Positions 11,591 to 26,383 of a stretch of 64,000 bases of DNA are shown one piece after another (positions within the stretch are counted from its first letter, which is position 1; each line of letters opens with the position of its first letter). The DNA lies in contig NW_003314325.1 of NCBI RefSeq assembly GCF_000143415.4, positions 652,086 to 716,085 of the forward strand, written 5' to 3'. A program made the translations under genes and the position numbers. The notes beneath the pieces are model-generated. The model did not search any database. It was not told the origin of the DNA and saw nothing but the letters and a program-made list of their open reading frames with translations. The DNA is from Selaginella moellendorffii. Lineage: Eukaryota; Plantae; Lycopodiophyta.

Positions 11591-13768
11591 GAGATTTGGA
11601 TATACTGTCACCGTGGAACCTTAGAACCTTGGGGGATAAATAGGGATAAAATAGCCACTAAGGGCTCTCTCATCAAGCAATTGCCCCTTTTCCAGTTGGC
11701 TTAAGGGAAGAGAGATAAAGTGCGCTACTCCTAGCTCTGCAAGACAAGCATGAATATATTCTTCGAAAGTGATACCTATGTAGGTGTTGGAAAGAAACTT
11801 CTCATCCCAAACTTGTAACATCTCCTCACTAGTGGCAATACTCTGAGAAATGTATGCCTTCTCTTTCATCACCTCCATCCTTATCTCACAATGTTTTGTC
11901 GTTGTTTCACAGCCAAGTGTTGAGAAGTTCCAAGCAAACGCTTTGTTCAGCAAAGGATATTTTACTCTTGGAGATGTTGTAAATGACTTCTTTTAGTGCT
12001 TTACTAGTTCCTACACATACAAAAAGTTATGAAATGTTTCACAAATTTTAGACAAATTTACAAATGCGAGAATAAATTTCAACAATGCTATCAAGCCATT
12101 CCTGCCCACGTCATATGTCTGCAATCGAGAGCAAATTTTTCACCTTTGTTCTCTTCGTATTCAAAATTCACTCCTCAATCACATGCCACTCCATCTTCTT
12201 TTGTTGCTCATCCCCTCAGACATTTTTAAAGAATAAGGCTCTTTCTCCTTTGATTATGGGCTACAAGAAACATTATACAAATCAATACATACTTCAACAC
12301 TAATTTACCTTTGCCCAGACGGCAACTAAAAAATCAAGTGGTAGCTAGTACCAAGTTTACAATTCTTAGCCTTTCCTAGCTGCTATTTTCATTTGAATTA
12401 CTTAAAATACCTCATGATTGTACAATGTTTGGACCTCCTCTAGCGAGAGCATGCCGATAAACTGAAAGTGCTCAATGTCATGTACCAATGTATAAGCTTG
12501 AAACGCAAATTGGTTTAGCATGCAAAAACATGATATTGGCTAAGTTTACAAAAAATAAATTTTTATATGTTGATCTTATAGTATGCCATGTTGAGCTTCA
12601 CAATATGCTTCTGAGTCATTGGTTGACAAGTGTGACTAGAACACTAATATGTCATTCTTTGTCATCTCGGAACTTCTCTTGAATGCATTTGCAAAATACT
12701 AACCACTTATAGTTTCCATTGATCACCCAGAAGAGCTTTCCAATGAACCCTACTATTTCCACATATTGTTCTAAGAATCCATTAAACTCACGAGACTTTT
12801 GTAGCCATATAGGATCCATTTTTGCTCAAGTTCAGTAGTCACTAGCTCTGTCTGGCCAGTTCTCGGGAAAGTTGGTGAAACAATGAAGGTACCAACTGTG
12901 CTCCCAAACCTAACTTTGGCAAAGGAGCTATAAATAACCATGTTGAGGTTATAAGATAAGTGCACCTAATGGCTTTGAACCACCAACACAAAAGAACTAG
13001 AAAATGATGAGGGCCATTCCACACCATTTCCTGTAACACTTTACTAATTGTCTATTCTTGAGCTTGGATGATCGTATCATGAACACGATCATTCAAGATA
13101 GTATTAGAATCATGTATGCATAATCCCTCACCACCACTAGCTCCCCCTGCACCACTAGCTTGAGAAGTAGTAGGAGCAACTACCATGCCCTCAGTAGATC
13201 CACCTACAACACTACCAATAACCTCCTCGGCCGATTCATCTACCTCACCATGAGCAGCCTCAACAACCAAAGGCACAGCACCCCCACCACCACCAACATC
13301 AAATGCAAGTACCCCACCACTAGTAGCTGTAGCCTCAAGAGCACTAATACCAACAGCCTCAATAACAACAATATCAATTTGAGTGTCCATTTCAACATCC
13401 ACATTGTTGTTATGCTCTTTGTTGCCTCTAACATGACTAGCAGAAACTTTATTGGATATTTGAGATGAATCTCCACTCAATTGGCCAAGCCCATAGCAAT
13501 CAAAGTGGCTACCTTTTCCTGAAGACCGAGACCATTGAGGCTAGCCTCGACGCTTCCTCTAAAATAAAAAGAAAAAATACTATAATATCTAATTTGTAAT
13601 GTAAAGCAAACCTGTGGCATTTTAAGTTGAAGTCCCTTGTTGGAAGTTCCAGGCAGTCAAGCTTGATTTATATCTACTCTCACAAGAAAAGTTTGTAAGT
13701 AAAAGATGTGAAAGATAAATTGTAAACTACAAGAAATGCAAAGAAAAAAAGCACAAGTCATTGGGAGA

Positions 13769-14295
13769 GGTTGGTTCGCATGAGAACCGACCTCACCCTA
13801 CCTCTAAAGAAAAAAGAAAAACACAACAAGAATATAGGAAAGGTTGGTTTGCACAAAAACTGGCATCTTCCACCCTCTTATTTTCACATGAAATGCCCTA
13901 TCAAATCATTAAAATCAAGAAAAAACCTTGAAGATGTCAGTTTACACAAGAACCAACATTTTTATCTCTCTATATTTTCTAAAATATAGAGATCTCTTCA
14001 CTAGAAACATGAAAAAAACCAAGAAAGCTCGTGTCTAGAAAAAATGAAGATGGGGAGATGTCGGTTTGCACACGAACTGATCTTTCCCACCCCTTCAACA
14101 AGGAAAAAAATCAAAACAACGGGGTAAAGATGGGCAAAAAACTAAACAGAAAATGAAATAGAATGCTAAGAGATGTTGGTTTACATAAAAATTAACATCT
14201 CTATCCCTCAAGAGAAAATAAAAGTTGAGAAAAGAGAAAACCTCTCATGGAAGAAAGAAGGTAGGGAGACATTGGCTCATGCACAAACTAATCTT
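13769..14295. repeat. About six dispersed imperfect hairpin motifs (AGATGTYGGTTTRCA-N3-AACYRRCATCT-like)
   Basis: Copies near 13769, 13841, 13932, 14056, 14171 and 14266 in an A-rich background. Confidence 0.6.
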
Positions 14296-14536
14296 CTCAA
14301 GGAAGAATACCTTATTTGAGAAGTGTCTTGAAGCATATTATAAGGTTGAAGTGCCTTTTTCTCACCCTTCCCTGCTCAAACACACCTTTCTTTCGCCCTT
14401 TGCTGCTCACACCTTAGGCGTAAAACTCTAAAAATTAAACAGACATGATCAACAGTCGCAATCAATGGTCATGATTTTCATTTTCTTTGATGGCGATCAA
14501 TGGACACAATCATTCAATGCTTTAGATATTAAGATA

Positions 14537-14877
14537 TGTGTAATTGATTGTGAAAGGAATAATATTGTTAAAATGAATGTGATTATGAGTGAGAAGCATT
14601 AGTCAATCACAAAAGTTATAACATTGATTGCTTGTTCTCCCTCTCATATCCATGCTCTCTTCCTTTCAAGAGAGTTTCATTCTTTTGTGACAAGTGAGAA
14701 AGAGTCAAGCTTGGAAAGGTTGGTTTGTATGCAATTTTTTCCTTTTGAAGGGAAGAGAGCATAGAGATGAGAGGGAGAACAAACAATCAATGTTACAACT
14801 TTTATGATTGACTGGCACTTCTCACTCATAACCACATTCATTTCAATAATATTATTCCTCTCATAATTAATTAAACA
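14537..14877. repeat. Foldback inverted repeat (arms about 135 bp, spacer about 65 bp), MITE-like
   Basis: 14537-~14674 is the reverse complement of ~14741-14877; mismatches are mostly transitions. Confidence 0.85.
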
Positions 14878-16344
14878 ATTAATATGGGTGGTTCTTTAAG
14901 ATTCTCATATCTCTAAATTCTAAATAGTTGTATATTTTGTTAAAATAATTAACTTGTCCTTTGCAAGGACACAGCTAATTCATGCTCACAATACAAAAGA
15001 ATATCTTTGTTCTTTCTTATTAGTTTCTCCCCAAATTTTTTCTAAGCGCTTGAGCAGGGAGAAAATATGAGAGAATTCTACTTGAAGTTTGATCAAGAGC
15101 CTCCACTTATTTTCTTTAAAAGTGTTATAGAAGAAAGCTTCCTCTATAGAAGATTCAAGCTGAAGCTAGGATAAGTTAGTCTAGAGAATGTATGTCACAA
15201 TAAGGGTAATTAGATAGAAAAATCCATTCTTCTCGACAGTGGTGTGGGAGAAAATGGGATTCAATGGGATCTACAGGTCATGAGATTTTAGTTATAGAAT
15301 CTCCAAAATGAGGAAAGGAAAGCACATCAGTTTCACAGCCAACTGTGCAAGGAGTGAAGGATGAAATTGTTATTCTCTCCAGTGACGAAAGTGAAGAAGA
15401 TGAGCTTCCCAACATAACTTCCTAGACAAATAGATGCATTCCTTCTGGACCCGTTTTTTAAGTAGTGGATAAAGCATTTCGGCAATCTTGATCATTACGA
15501 CTGGAATTGAAGGAGTTCGAGTACATAAGAGGTGAGGAGCTTCTTTCTTCTTATAATGGGAATATATTCTTCGAGTTTCCACAAGCCAGTTCGTCAAGTA
15601 GGAAAAGGGGTATGGAGATGCGTCTTGATCCACATAATTGGTGCAGAGTAAAGACAACCCACTTCTCCCATTTCAATGGATTTGTGTCTATAGTCCATTG
15701 TGGTGGACAATTTCAATATGTTGCTGCAAAATGCATTTTTGATCATGGTAAGAATATGTGTTTCTTTGAAGGCTTAGCAATCAATCCCCCTAGGCATGAT
15801 GAAGTTGCTATAAGGTTTAAATGTCACAAATGCGGGGCAACACTTGTGTGTCAAGCATGTTGCAATGCAAAAATGTATTATTTTCTTCTACGGGATGGAT
15901 GTTTAAGTAGAACAGCAGTGCATGTTGGACACCACCAACACACAATAGAGGAAGGAATCTGTTGTGATTCTTTTCGCAATTTAAAGGCTGCTGTTACTAC
16001 AAAGGCTGGGAAGAAAAGTGTTGCAACTCCAAAATGTATTCAATAGTTTATACTAAAGGATTATGTGGTAGACACATTGCTATAATTTGATAGCATAAAA
16101 GAGTTCAAGGAGAACAGTTTGAAGGACCTACTTCAAAATATAGAACCTGTGACAAATTTAAATAGGTATAAAATTGATACTTAACTCTACTTTATCACTA
16201 ATAACACTCTTTTTTTTGGTAAAATAAAGAATTGGATGTGAGAAGGGCGAGATGGAAAGCTTCAATCTGGATTGGATGCGATTTTGGAGCTAAAGAGAAA
16301 ATGTCCCTATAAATTTATTCATGGGAGTTTGTTCGTTGGCCAAG

Positions 16345-17475
16345 TGTAGCGCACGTGGTTTTGACCCTTTATCCTATGGTGATTTACCATAGGATAACAT
16401 CACGAAGCGGAACCTAAACCCTCTTTATGCCACGTGATAGATGCCACGTGTCTATGCCACGTGTCCATAGGAACCTGAGGTTCAGGGCCTTGGGCCACTG
16501 AACGAACGAATGGTGCCAAACTCCCAAGCATGGAGCCAAGGAGTGATGGAACCGAACCATGGAGCAACTCCTGAGCAAACAGCCCAAGGAGCGAAGGGAC
16601 AGGGGCCCGGAGCGACTTGGAACAGTCCTGGAGCAACCAGCATCCCAATGCCAGGACCAGCACGCAAAACGGAGCCAAATGGAGTCTGGCGCTATTTCAA
16701 CATACCGGTGGCCTAACGTGAGGATATGGGTACTCCACCAGCTAGCATGGAATGGAACTTGAGCTTAGACCCAAGCCGGACGCAGAACAAGGACAGGCAC
16801 GCAAGCGGGAGCTAGACTATGCCTCAGGTTGGTCGGCCATGCCCGACCTACCCACTATCCCTACTATACATTTGGAACCCCCCAAAGCCCCCCCCCCCTT
16901 GAGGAACACACGCTTTGGGCTTTCACCCCAAGCCTCCCTTAGTATCAGGAGTTAGTCTCTGGGACAAGCTCGAAACTTACTAAATATGGAATGTCCCTAG
17001 ATTGCGAATTTGGACACGGGACGAACACCATTGTGTTCGGGCCAATCTCTACATTCTGTAGATATGCCAAATGAGCAAATCTGGACACTTTCCATAAATA
17101 GCATTTGGGGCCGAAATGAGACTAACACAAAGGGTGTGATAGCGAGGGTGTTTGGCAGACACGGTAAGCTATCATCCAGCGATATTGAGGGACTAGTCTC
17201 AATACGCGAGGGTTCTTGCCAAGCCAGTGCAAGACAGAGCAAAAGAGAACTAAGAGCCAGGCCGAGAATGCTCAGCTAGAAACACATAGGAGTTCCTACC
17301 TTATGTTCATCTGGCTAAGTACAGATGCTAAGCCCAGTAAGCTAACACTTGGACAAGAGGGGCTAATAAAGGGAATCAGCAATACCGACCTCCTGCCATC
17401 GTGGCAGTAAGGTAAGAGTGTCCGTAAGGACTAGCCGACAGGTAACTTTCGATACCCGAAGTCACATTCGCGACA
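16345..17475 (-). repeat. 3' LTR of the family A element
   Basis: TGTAGCGCACG...ATTCGCGACA, adjacent to the PPT. Confidence 0.95.
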
Positions 17476-20400
17476 CTCTCCCCCCCTTGGGAAAATCAAC
17501 GTCCTCGTCGATGCATACTCGAGTCTAGAATACCACCAAGGAAACAACTCCAGAAAAAGTTCACGGAATTCACACTATGTGAGAAATGCACCAACTTAAA
17601 TGAGTTAGGGGGCAACCTCTTTGTCTAACGCGGATGCGCTACCAGCTCAGACACCTTCCGGCCATCGCCGACAAGGAAATGACCAACGGAGTCAGCCACC
17701 CTTGCTGCTCTGGGTGTCACCCAGCTACAAAAGTGTGATACGCCCTGCCCGCAGGGACATAGAGAGAGAAGCCAGAGGCCCCAACCCTCCTGAGCAAAGA
17801 AACCAAACCCGTCGGTAAGGTTTAGATAGACTACTGTAAACAGGCAGTGAGAGTTGTTTACACGGTCACGCCCTTTCAACAAAATAAGGAACATCGACAG
17901 AGAGGCGGGTGATGTGACCAGTCGACAGTAGCTACCCCATGACTAGAGATTTCAACATGCATACGAAGTGCCGAAGCCAGTCTGCCTATACTGGCCCAAA
18001 CTTAAAGATCAAGATATAGGGACTATATCAAAGTCATAAACAATGATATCTTAGAGATGTAATTATCAGTGAATAAAGCTTAGATGAGAACACAAATGTA
18101 TTCCAAATAAGTTATCATCCGATAAATTAGTATTATAGTATAGGAACCACCAAGATCATTATAATTGGTAAACATAGGAATCACCATCCAACAACATTCA
18201 ATAGCTAGTATATCATCAAGGAAACTCAATGATAAAACTTAACTACCGAAAATGGCAGATAGCATGCCAAACAACTCACAAAACACAACTCAAAGAACAC
18301 AAAGTATCATTGACTAACAAGCACAATGCTCGCGAATGTATCACCCGAAGGAAATAACATCCTAATCTATGAGAACTAACTCGAGCAATAATCAACAGAA
18401 CAAAATAAATGTTGCAAAGCAAACAAACGCTTATTCATATCAACCATTGCACTAGCCAATCCGGATAGATCCCAGCCAATAACACCAAGGAACTCAAGTT
18501 GCCTAAGCAAGTGTCAGCAACATCCTACTGATATCTCAAACCCAAGTGACCAATCCAAAGCAAACCACAAAGAACATGTGGTATTGCAAAAAGCCATAAG
18601 CCATCACAGGGAATAACTAACCATCATGAAAGATCATCAATCATTCCATCAAGAAAGAGATATGCGGAATCATCATCTAACAAGAAATCCACCATCTTAA
18701 AGAATAGCAAATCACTCTAGATCAACGATAATCAAGCAAACTTCTTGACAAGGATAATCAATTATCCTAGGTGATAATCAATCATCACCAATGATTGCTA
18801 ATTGCAAATACTAACTTCAACATCAAAGCTAAAGAGCCAAAAATGCCTTCCCCGAATAACTCCGGACAAATGGAACAATGAGTATGAAAACTCAAAGAAC
18901 CAAAAGCTCGAAGAAGCCTATAGTTAAGTCTTGCCTAATAATGATCACGAGTCTCATAGAAGCTAACTTCAATGCTAAAGAAGAAATCATGGTATAACCC
19001 ACAATATCTTCCTCAACACATCCATAAGCCAAACTTCATAATGCCAAAGCTAATGAAGAGCATTTCTGCATCAATCCAAAAGCTAAGCATAACGAAGCTA
19101 TGCTTAACAAGTGATCATCAAACGATCCTCCATGAATCCATCTATAGCAAGACGTAATGCACTTCATAACAAGCGCAAGACGAATCATCAATGATTGATA
19201 TATCTCAATTCAAACCCAACAAGGATTCAATCACTTCAATATCAATCACCAACACATCATCTCGTAAAGTTAGCATAGTCCACAACTAAATCACTTTTCA
19301 AGGAAAAGCCAAAGCTTAACCCTTACTAAACAATCTCATCTAGAACACAACTAACTCAACTTGCCACTTAATTCATTTGAACGTCAACACAGTTGCTAAT
19401 TAGCAAATGCACAAATGCCAACAACACAAAGCTAAAGCCAAATCATCAACACTATTTTCATTAAGACTAATGAAATTCAATATCAATCCTATGGAGAGAC
19501 ATTTCATTTCACTCAAATCTCAACATCAACAATGTCAATGACAAGGCATCACTTCAATGCCATCAACATCATAGCAAAGCTAGAAGAAAGCAAGAGTGAA
19601 TCACCACTCGAAGCTTTCTAACAACTAAGCTAACCAAAGTCAAAGATACTATACTTAGTATCCGAGACCAATCCTTCAGCAAAACTTAGTTACAGATAAC
19701 ACATCATTAAGGAGTGAATCACCACATCCAAGACTCAATGAAATCCAACACTATAGACCAAACATAACCAAATGATATTGACAAAGGAATTGACATGCCA
19801 ATATGGAAAAACCATGCCAGCCTAATGACACGATCCTTCGCAACACCATCCGATACAGCAAGCCCATCACTGCTAAATCATGATCGAGCAAAGCAAGTGT
19901 CAACGGTCCTTGATGAAGTCTATAAGGTATCACTAGTCGCTAAGCAACTAACAATCACTCCTCAACTTGCCTTCACAAGACCCGAACACTAACTCATGTC
20001 ATCGAGTTACATACTTGTCCAACATAAACACAATACCCCAGGTACGAGATAAAAGTTCATAGACAAGCACAAACTAAATGACCACTCGAATCCAACTCAA
20101 CCACAATAAGCTCACTAATGCATTTAGTCAATAGCACTGAGCATGCCTTGAAGAGGCTAGCTATGCATGATCAACACTCAGTCGAAACTAAAGTGAAGAC
20201 CATGAGATGGACTCATGTCGGTACACAACCTCCTCATAGACAAAGCTATAGTATGGGTACCAACATCTCAACCTCAAACAACTAAGTTGGACATCACCAT
20301 CCTTAGCCAAGGCGTAGGGCCACCAAGACCAAGTCAAGATCAGTGAGAGCTCACTACTCTCATAGAGTCTTAACAAAATGCAAGGTGCAACCTGCCACCG

Positions 20401-22459
20401 AGCATAATGCTACAAAAGAAAGGCACAAGAGTCACCCTTCTTAGAAAAGTGTAACAACCACTTTCCTACATCAACTCCAGACTCTATCCAACCCAATTGC
20501 TTTAGCCCCAAAAGTCAGCATCCCTTTCGGGTTGCATCTTACAAACTATCTACTAAGGTTTAAGCCAACCGAAGTTAACTCTAACCTCTTCACTAGTTTG
20601 TATTGGCTTACGAAAACGGAATGGTTTTCGGCAAAGTGACCAACAGATCAGCTATTGGAGAAGTCTAAGAAAATTTGTGGAAAATTTCCATCCTAGAGAA
20701 AGAATGACTCTCAGTCCAGGATTGCAAATTTTCAAGACTCAACCAACTTCCTCCTACTAACAACTTCACATAGATTCCCTTCAACACAGATTCTTATGAT
20801 CCATAATATGCTTAAGCATCGAACATCTTTTTGCCCATATTTCCGATATCCAACTTCGACATCCGCAAAATGCAAAATGAACATCCAAGGCTTGATCACG
20901 AAGACCACATCTTCGAATATCCATATTGCACTAACACTCTTCTTCAATCACCTTCAAGATCCAATGTGAAGCCAAAACACTAACAAGAAAAATGACATGG
21001 AAAAATCAAGGTCCAAGGAAAATTCCTCATCACTTGAAATAACAATGCCACTTCCACTAACACAAGTGCTAGTGATGTCAATGCCCCAACTACACATCTT
21101 CTCCATCTAACAATCTACTCCAAGTGCTAACGGATCAACCGACAAGCTATAGCAAATGAATGCTACAACCCTTTCCATCACCTAACAGGCAAACTCAAGG
21201 AAACAAGGTACCAACTTAAGCTTAGCATAATGGACCATCTCCGAGAATCCAGTCAAAGCTACTACAATGCTACTTCGTGCAAGTAGACTAACTTCTCCAT
21301 CAATCACTTTGGGGGTTGATCATCATTTATCCAAGCAACTTCGTAAACACATTGCTCATTATCACATGAATATGATATAAATCACAATGACTTGATCATC
21401 AATCAAACAACACTATGAGCAATACCCATGTCACTACTGCAAAGGTTTATGTGAGTATCAAGTGCCAACTCAATTCGACAAAATGCAACATAAATGCCAC
21501 ACTCCACCGATAGAGATTTACAACACCCAACATCACAAACTTTTGTTCACAACACAGACAAGCTCATGCCACTCTCTTTCTTACCAATCTTAAAACTAAT
21601 CCAACACCAAGCTACTCAAGGAGCAATAGCAAGGTTCCCCAGAAAAGAATTGAGCATTGCAACCCAAGTCTTTCAATAGCAAGCCTAGACAAAATGGTAT
21701 AGCACTTCACCGTTATCCATCCCACAACTCACCATTGTAAGACCACCATCTCCAACATGCATCAAGATAGGGATTCTTGATTGCATGATGTGAACACAAG
21801 CAATGAGTTAACACCTCGTTGCAGATCATCTCTCCAAGAAGAGAAAATGATTTACGTATTTGATCCTTCGTCCCCGATGACTCTCTTTTCGGTCTCATCT
21901 TTGACCAAACCTCAAGTTTGCTTTCGCACTGCCTTCAGTTCAATCGAAGAAAAGTTTATGAGAGAGCACGGCCATGACTACTTGAACCAATAGACTAATC
22001 CCTATAGTCTTGATTGATCCACTTATAATCATGCCTAGGAAGGATCCACTAGTGCCGTGCTAAATAGCTACGGACCAGCCTATTTGCCACTCATAGCAAA
22101 TTCAGGGAAAATTTACTTTCACCCATGGTACATGGAACAACTCATGGAACCACCGATAGGCTAACATTAATCCTGCCAACTCAAAGTGTAACCTCAAGTT
22201 GCTAATGTGCCTCACTCACGAGCCCAAGCGCAAACTCGTGTAACGGAACAACTCAGTCCACCCTATGAGCCCAAGAGCAAGCTCACATAATATGGAACAA
22301 AAAAAAGTAACCAAAAGCTATCCCAAGGAACCAATGCGAAGTCTTTGCACCAAGACGTGTACCCACTCGGATCATCGTTTTCATCTTTGCGTATGCAACG
22401 AGATTAGTTGCCCAATCTCATTGGATAGTTCTCGCCGAGACTCTACCTCTGATACCAAA

Positions 22460-23572
22460 TGTAGCGCACGTGGTTTTGACCCTTTATCCTATGGTGATTT
22501 ACCATAGGATAACATCACGAAGCAGAACCTAAACCCTCTTTGTGCCACGTGACAGATGCCACGTGTCCATGCCACGTGTCCATAGGAACCCGAGGTTCAG
22601 GGCCTTGGGCCACTTAACAAACGAATGATGCCAAACTCCCAAGCATGGAGCCAAGGAGTGATGGAACCGAACCATGGAGCAACTCCCGAGCATACAGCTC
22701 AAGGAGCGAAGGGACAGGGGCCCAGAGCGACTTGGAACAGTCCTGGAGCAACCAGCATCCCAATGCCAGGACCAGCACGCAAAACGGAGCCAAACGGAGT
22801 CTGGCGCTATTTCAACATACCGGTGGCCTAACGTGAGGATATGGGTACTCCACCAGCTAGCATGGAATGGAACTTGAGCTTAGACCCAAGCCGGACGCAG
22901 AACAAGGACAGGCACGCAAGCGGGAGCTAGACTATGCCTCAGGTTGGTCGGCCATGCCCGACCTACCCACTATCCCTACTATACATTTGGAACCCCCCAC
23001 AGACCACCCCCCCCCCTTTGAGGAACACACGCTTTGGGCTTTCACCCCAAGCCTCCCTTAGTATCAGGAGGACAAGCTCGAAACTTACTAAATATGGAAT
23101 GTCCCTAGATTGCGAATTTGGACACGGGACGAACACTATTGTGTTCGGGCCAATCTCTACATTCTGTAGATATGCCAAATGAGCAAATCTGGACACTTTC
23201 CATAAATAGCATTTGGGGCCGAAATGAGACTAACACAAAGGGCGTGATAGCGAGGGTGTTTGGTAGACACGGTAAGCTATCATCCAGCGATATTGAGGGA
23301 CTAGTCTCAATACGCGAGGGTCAGTGCAAGACAGAGCAAAAGAGAACTAAGAGCCAGGCCGAGAATGCTCAGCTAGAAACACATAGGAGTTCCTACCTTA
23401 TGTTCATCTGGCTAAGTACAGATGCTAAGCCCAGTAAGCTAACACTTGGACAAGAGGGGCTAATAAAGGGAATCAGCAATACCGACCTCCTGCCATCGTG
23501 GCAGTAAGGTAAGAGTGTCCGTAAGGACTAGCCGACAGGTAACTTTCGATACCCGAAGTCACATTCGCGACA
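22460..23572 (-). repeat. 5' LTR of the family A element
   Basis: Same termini, adjacent to the PBS; two ~11-bp deletions relative to the 3' LTR. Confidence 0.95.
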
Positions 23573-26283
23573 CCAAGTGACTTTGAACAATCAACACCCT
23601 TTCATCTTTAAGATGTCTACCCTTGGTTTTGCTTCTAGTGTGGACCTTGTACAACAACTGAATATGGATGGAGATGGGGACTTGGCTAATTCCTAAATCC
23701 ATTTCGACCACATGGAATGAGTTTCAAGTTGGTCAACTATAGGAGCCCATATTTATGATCACAAGTAAGTGGCTTTTCATTTTTTAAGGATTCCATGCTG
23801 GTATACATTATACCCATTCCTTCTATAAGTTGTAGTGCAACTTAACTATAGTTATAACAAAATTCAAGGTTCAGGATTTCCAAGCTCCAACTATCTTTTG
23901 GACATATATGTTTGAGGTTGTTGAACAACAAACCAGGAAAAAACTCAACGTCCATGGTTACATAATAGATGCTACTAGTGCTAATTGATTAGCAGTGAGG
24001 CAAGTGTTTGGAAGTGATAAAAGTTAGTTGTTACAAGGTAGAGAAAAGAGTTGTGAATTTCATTGGGCAAAGAGTGTTAACAAACATTGCTGATGTATCA
24101 AATTTAACTTCCATCACGAGTTCAAGCAGCTTTGTCAAGAATGGATGGATGCATCAACTAAAAAGGAGCACAACGCAAAGACAAATGAGATACGCATATG
24201 GTGGCGTGAAGGAGATTAAGTGCCAATTGAACACCTTCCACAAATGGAATGCTAGCTTGTATGGTGGGAAGTTTGAATGTTTCAGTGGGGTCATTATACT
24301 CTCTATGTAAGCTTTCTCTCATTTTCTTTCTTGTCACATTCAAATATTGCATTTTTCCTAGGATCAACCATATGTTGACATTGCACTTACACCAACAATT
24401 AATCTCTCTGAGAGCAAATATTAGAGTTAGAGAGTTTCTAAAATAGGGAAAGGAAAAGTGTCCTTCTATGAAGTTATGCTCTTCGACCTCACTAGATCTC
24501 TTGAGCAGTCATCAAAAGCTTTGGTTGCACAAAAAGCAAAGTTTTCTAGTATAGGTCCGAACTTAGATAGGCTTCGAGAGTAAGTTGGTAAAAGGACAAC
24601 ACCAACAGCAGGGTCAATATCTAAGATGGTGGAGGAAGTTGTTATTAGAACTCCTATGGAATTAAATTATGAACCACTCAGGTATGAAGACAACCTGTAT
24701 GAAGTGTCGACAGACATTTGATGGGCCAAACATCACTCCTTTTAGCTCTCACCATCTAGAGTTTGACTACCATTTTGTTCCACGACACCAGAAAAAAACA
24801 TGGAGTGGAGGCGGTGTCAGTTGTTACACAAGTAAGTCCAATGCTAGAGGTTGAGAAGGTTATTGCTCGTGAGCCAGTTTCTCGTATCAACTGAGCAATT
24901 CAAAAAGTCAGTGCCAAGAGCAATGCACGTTGCTCCAGAATGATTGGGAGTCGAGGTCAGTGTCTCGCATTTGTGCGCTTAGATTGAAGTTCTTTAGCTG
25001 TGCCATATTTCTGGGGCTGTTGAGATTTAGAGGTGAAGGGCCGTTAGTCAAGCTGGATTTATTGTTGTGGAACTGATGTTACTCATACAAGCCGGATCCA
25101 CAGCTCAATTATTTTGAAGCTAAATTCTATGCTAGAGGAGTGGCTAGTTGAGTGAAGCTACAATCTTTTGAAAAAAGATATTAAAAGTTTGGAGAGAGCA
25201 AGTTTCAAGCTGAAGACTTCCTCAAATATTGCTGTTGATACTGCTATGCCACCAATATCAACACTAGACCAGACTAGCATACATGACCAGTTAGGAATGG
25301 GAAGGTTGTACAATATAGATCTTCCATTTCAAAAAGTGCATAAAAGAAGATCAAACTGGTAAAAGAGTTGAAGTGCACAATCACAAAGACAAACTACATT
25401 AGTGCTGTGGCTAAGAAGTTTATTGTTGTGACTAAGTTGTCAAAGGGTATGAGCTACACTATCAAAATCTGTGAAAATCCATCCTGTCTCTGTCGAGATT
25501 TTACACAGAGGGAAAATAGGGGAAAGTTATATTTAGCCTACAAACACAACTATTACATTTTTATGTAGAAACTAAACCAAGATTCTAAGATTGACCATCA
25601 TATCCACCAGGCAACCCTTACAGTTGTAGAGCTTGAGAAGTGTTTTAAGATTGCTTTTAGTGTTCGGATCTATATTTATATTTGTATTTTATTGATTGAA
25701 TTTACTTGGAAATATAGATTAAATCAAAATTGGAAAGATTAAAAAATGTTGGTTCAAGACAACCCAATGTTTTTCTTATGTCTAAGAAGTCGTGAGCTTA
25801 GCTAATGAGCTCAACTCGTGAGCTTATGAGCTCAAAATCTACCTAGGCTCTGTACAAGTAGACTAGTATCACTATCAACCACTTTAGGGTTGATCATTAT
25901 TTGACTAAGAAACCTCATAAACATATTGCTCATAATCACATGGATATGATATAAATATCATAATGACTTGATCATCAATTGAGTAATATCATAAGCAATG
26001 TCCATGTTACTATTACAAAGATTTACATGAATATGAAGTGCCAACTTTATTTGATAATTGCATAATGCTATATCCTATTGATAGATTTACAACAATTAAC
26101 TTTTGTTCACAACATGAACAAGCTCATGCCATTCTCTCCCCGACCAACCTCAAAACTAATCCAACATTAAACTACTCAAAGTGTAAAAATAAAGTCCTTT
26201 AGAAAAGAATTGAGCATTATAACTAAATCTTTCCAATAGCAAATGTAACTAAAATGGTTTAGCACTTCACTGCTCTCCATCCT

Positions 26284-26383
26284 NNNNNNNNNNNNNNNNN
26301 NNNNNNNNNNNNNNNNNNNNNNNNNNNNNNNNNNNNNNNNNNNNNNNNNNNNNNNNNNNNNNNNNNNNNNNNNNNNNNNNNNN
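26284..26383. other. Assembly gap (100 N)
   Basis: N run. Confidence 1.

Larger units (their letters stand above)
16345..23572 (-). mobile_element. Complete family A non-autonomous LTR retroelement (LARD-like), 7228 bp
   Basis: Two highly similar LTRs with TG..CA ends. TSD CCAAG at 16340-16344 and 23573-23577. iMet PBS (rc CTCTGATACCA) at 22447-22457. PPT (rc CTCTCCCCCCCTT) from 17476. The 5-kb internal region has no ORF over 90 aa. Confidence 0.95.
15490..25660 (+). pseudogene. Decayed MULE-like transposase (GCM/WRKY-like Zn domain, DDE core, SWIM finger), split by the element at 16345-23572
   Basis: CHKC..C..HVGHHQH in ORF 15507-16046. FIHGSLFVGQ precedes the insertion and FKMSTLG..VDLV..GDL..HFDH..GAHIYDH follows it. 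SWIM-like PSCLCRDF..YKH at ~25480-25550. Many stops. Confidence 0.7.

Noticed and set aside
16345-17475. Hammerhead ribozyme (retrozyme) or 5S-derived (Cassandra) domain in the non-autonomous LTRs
   Set aside because: No CUGAUGA/GAAA core or 5S rRNA similarity recognised by eye; an Infernal scan would settle it.
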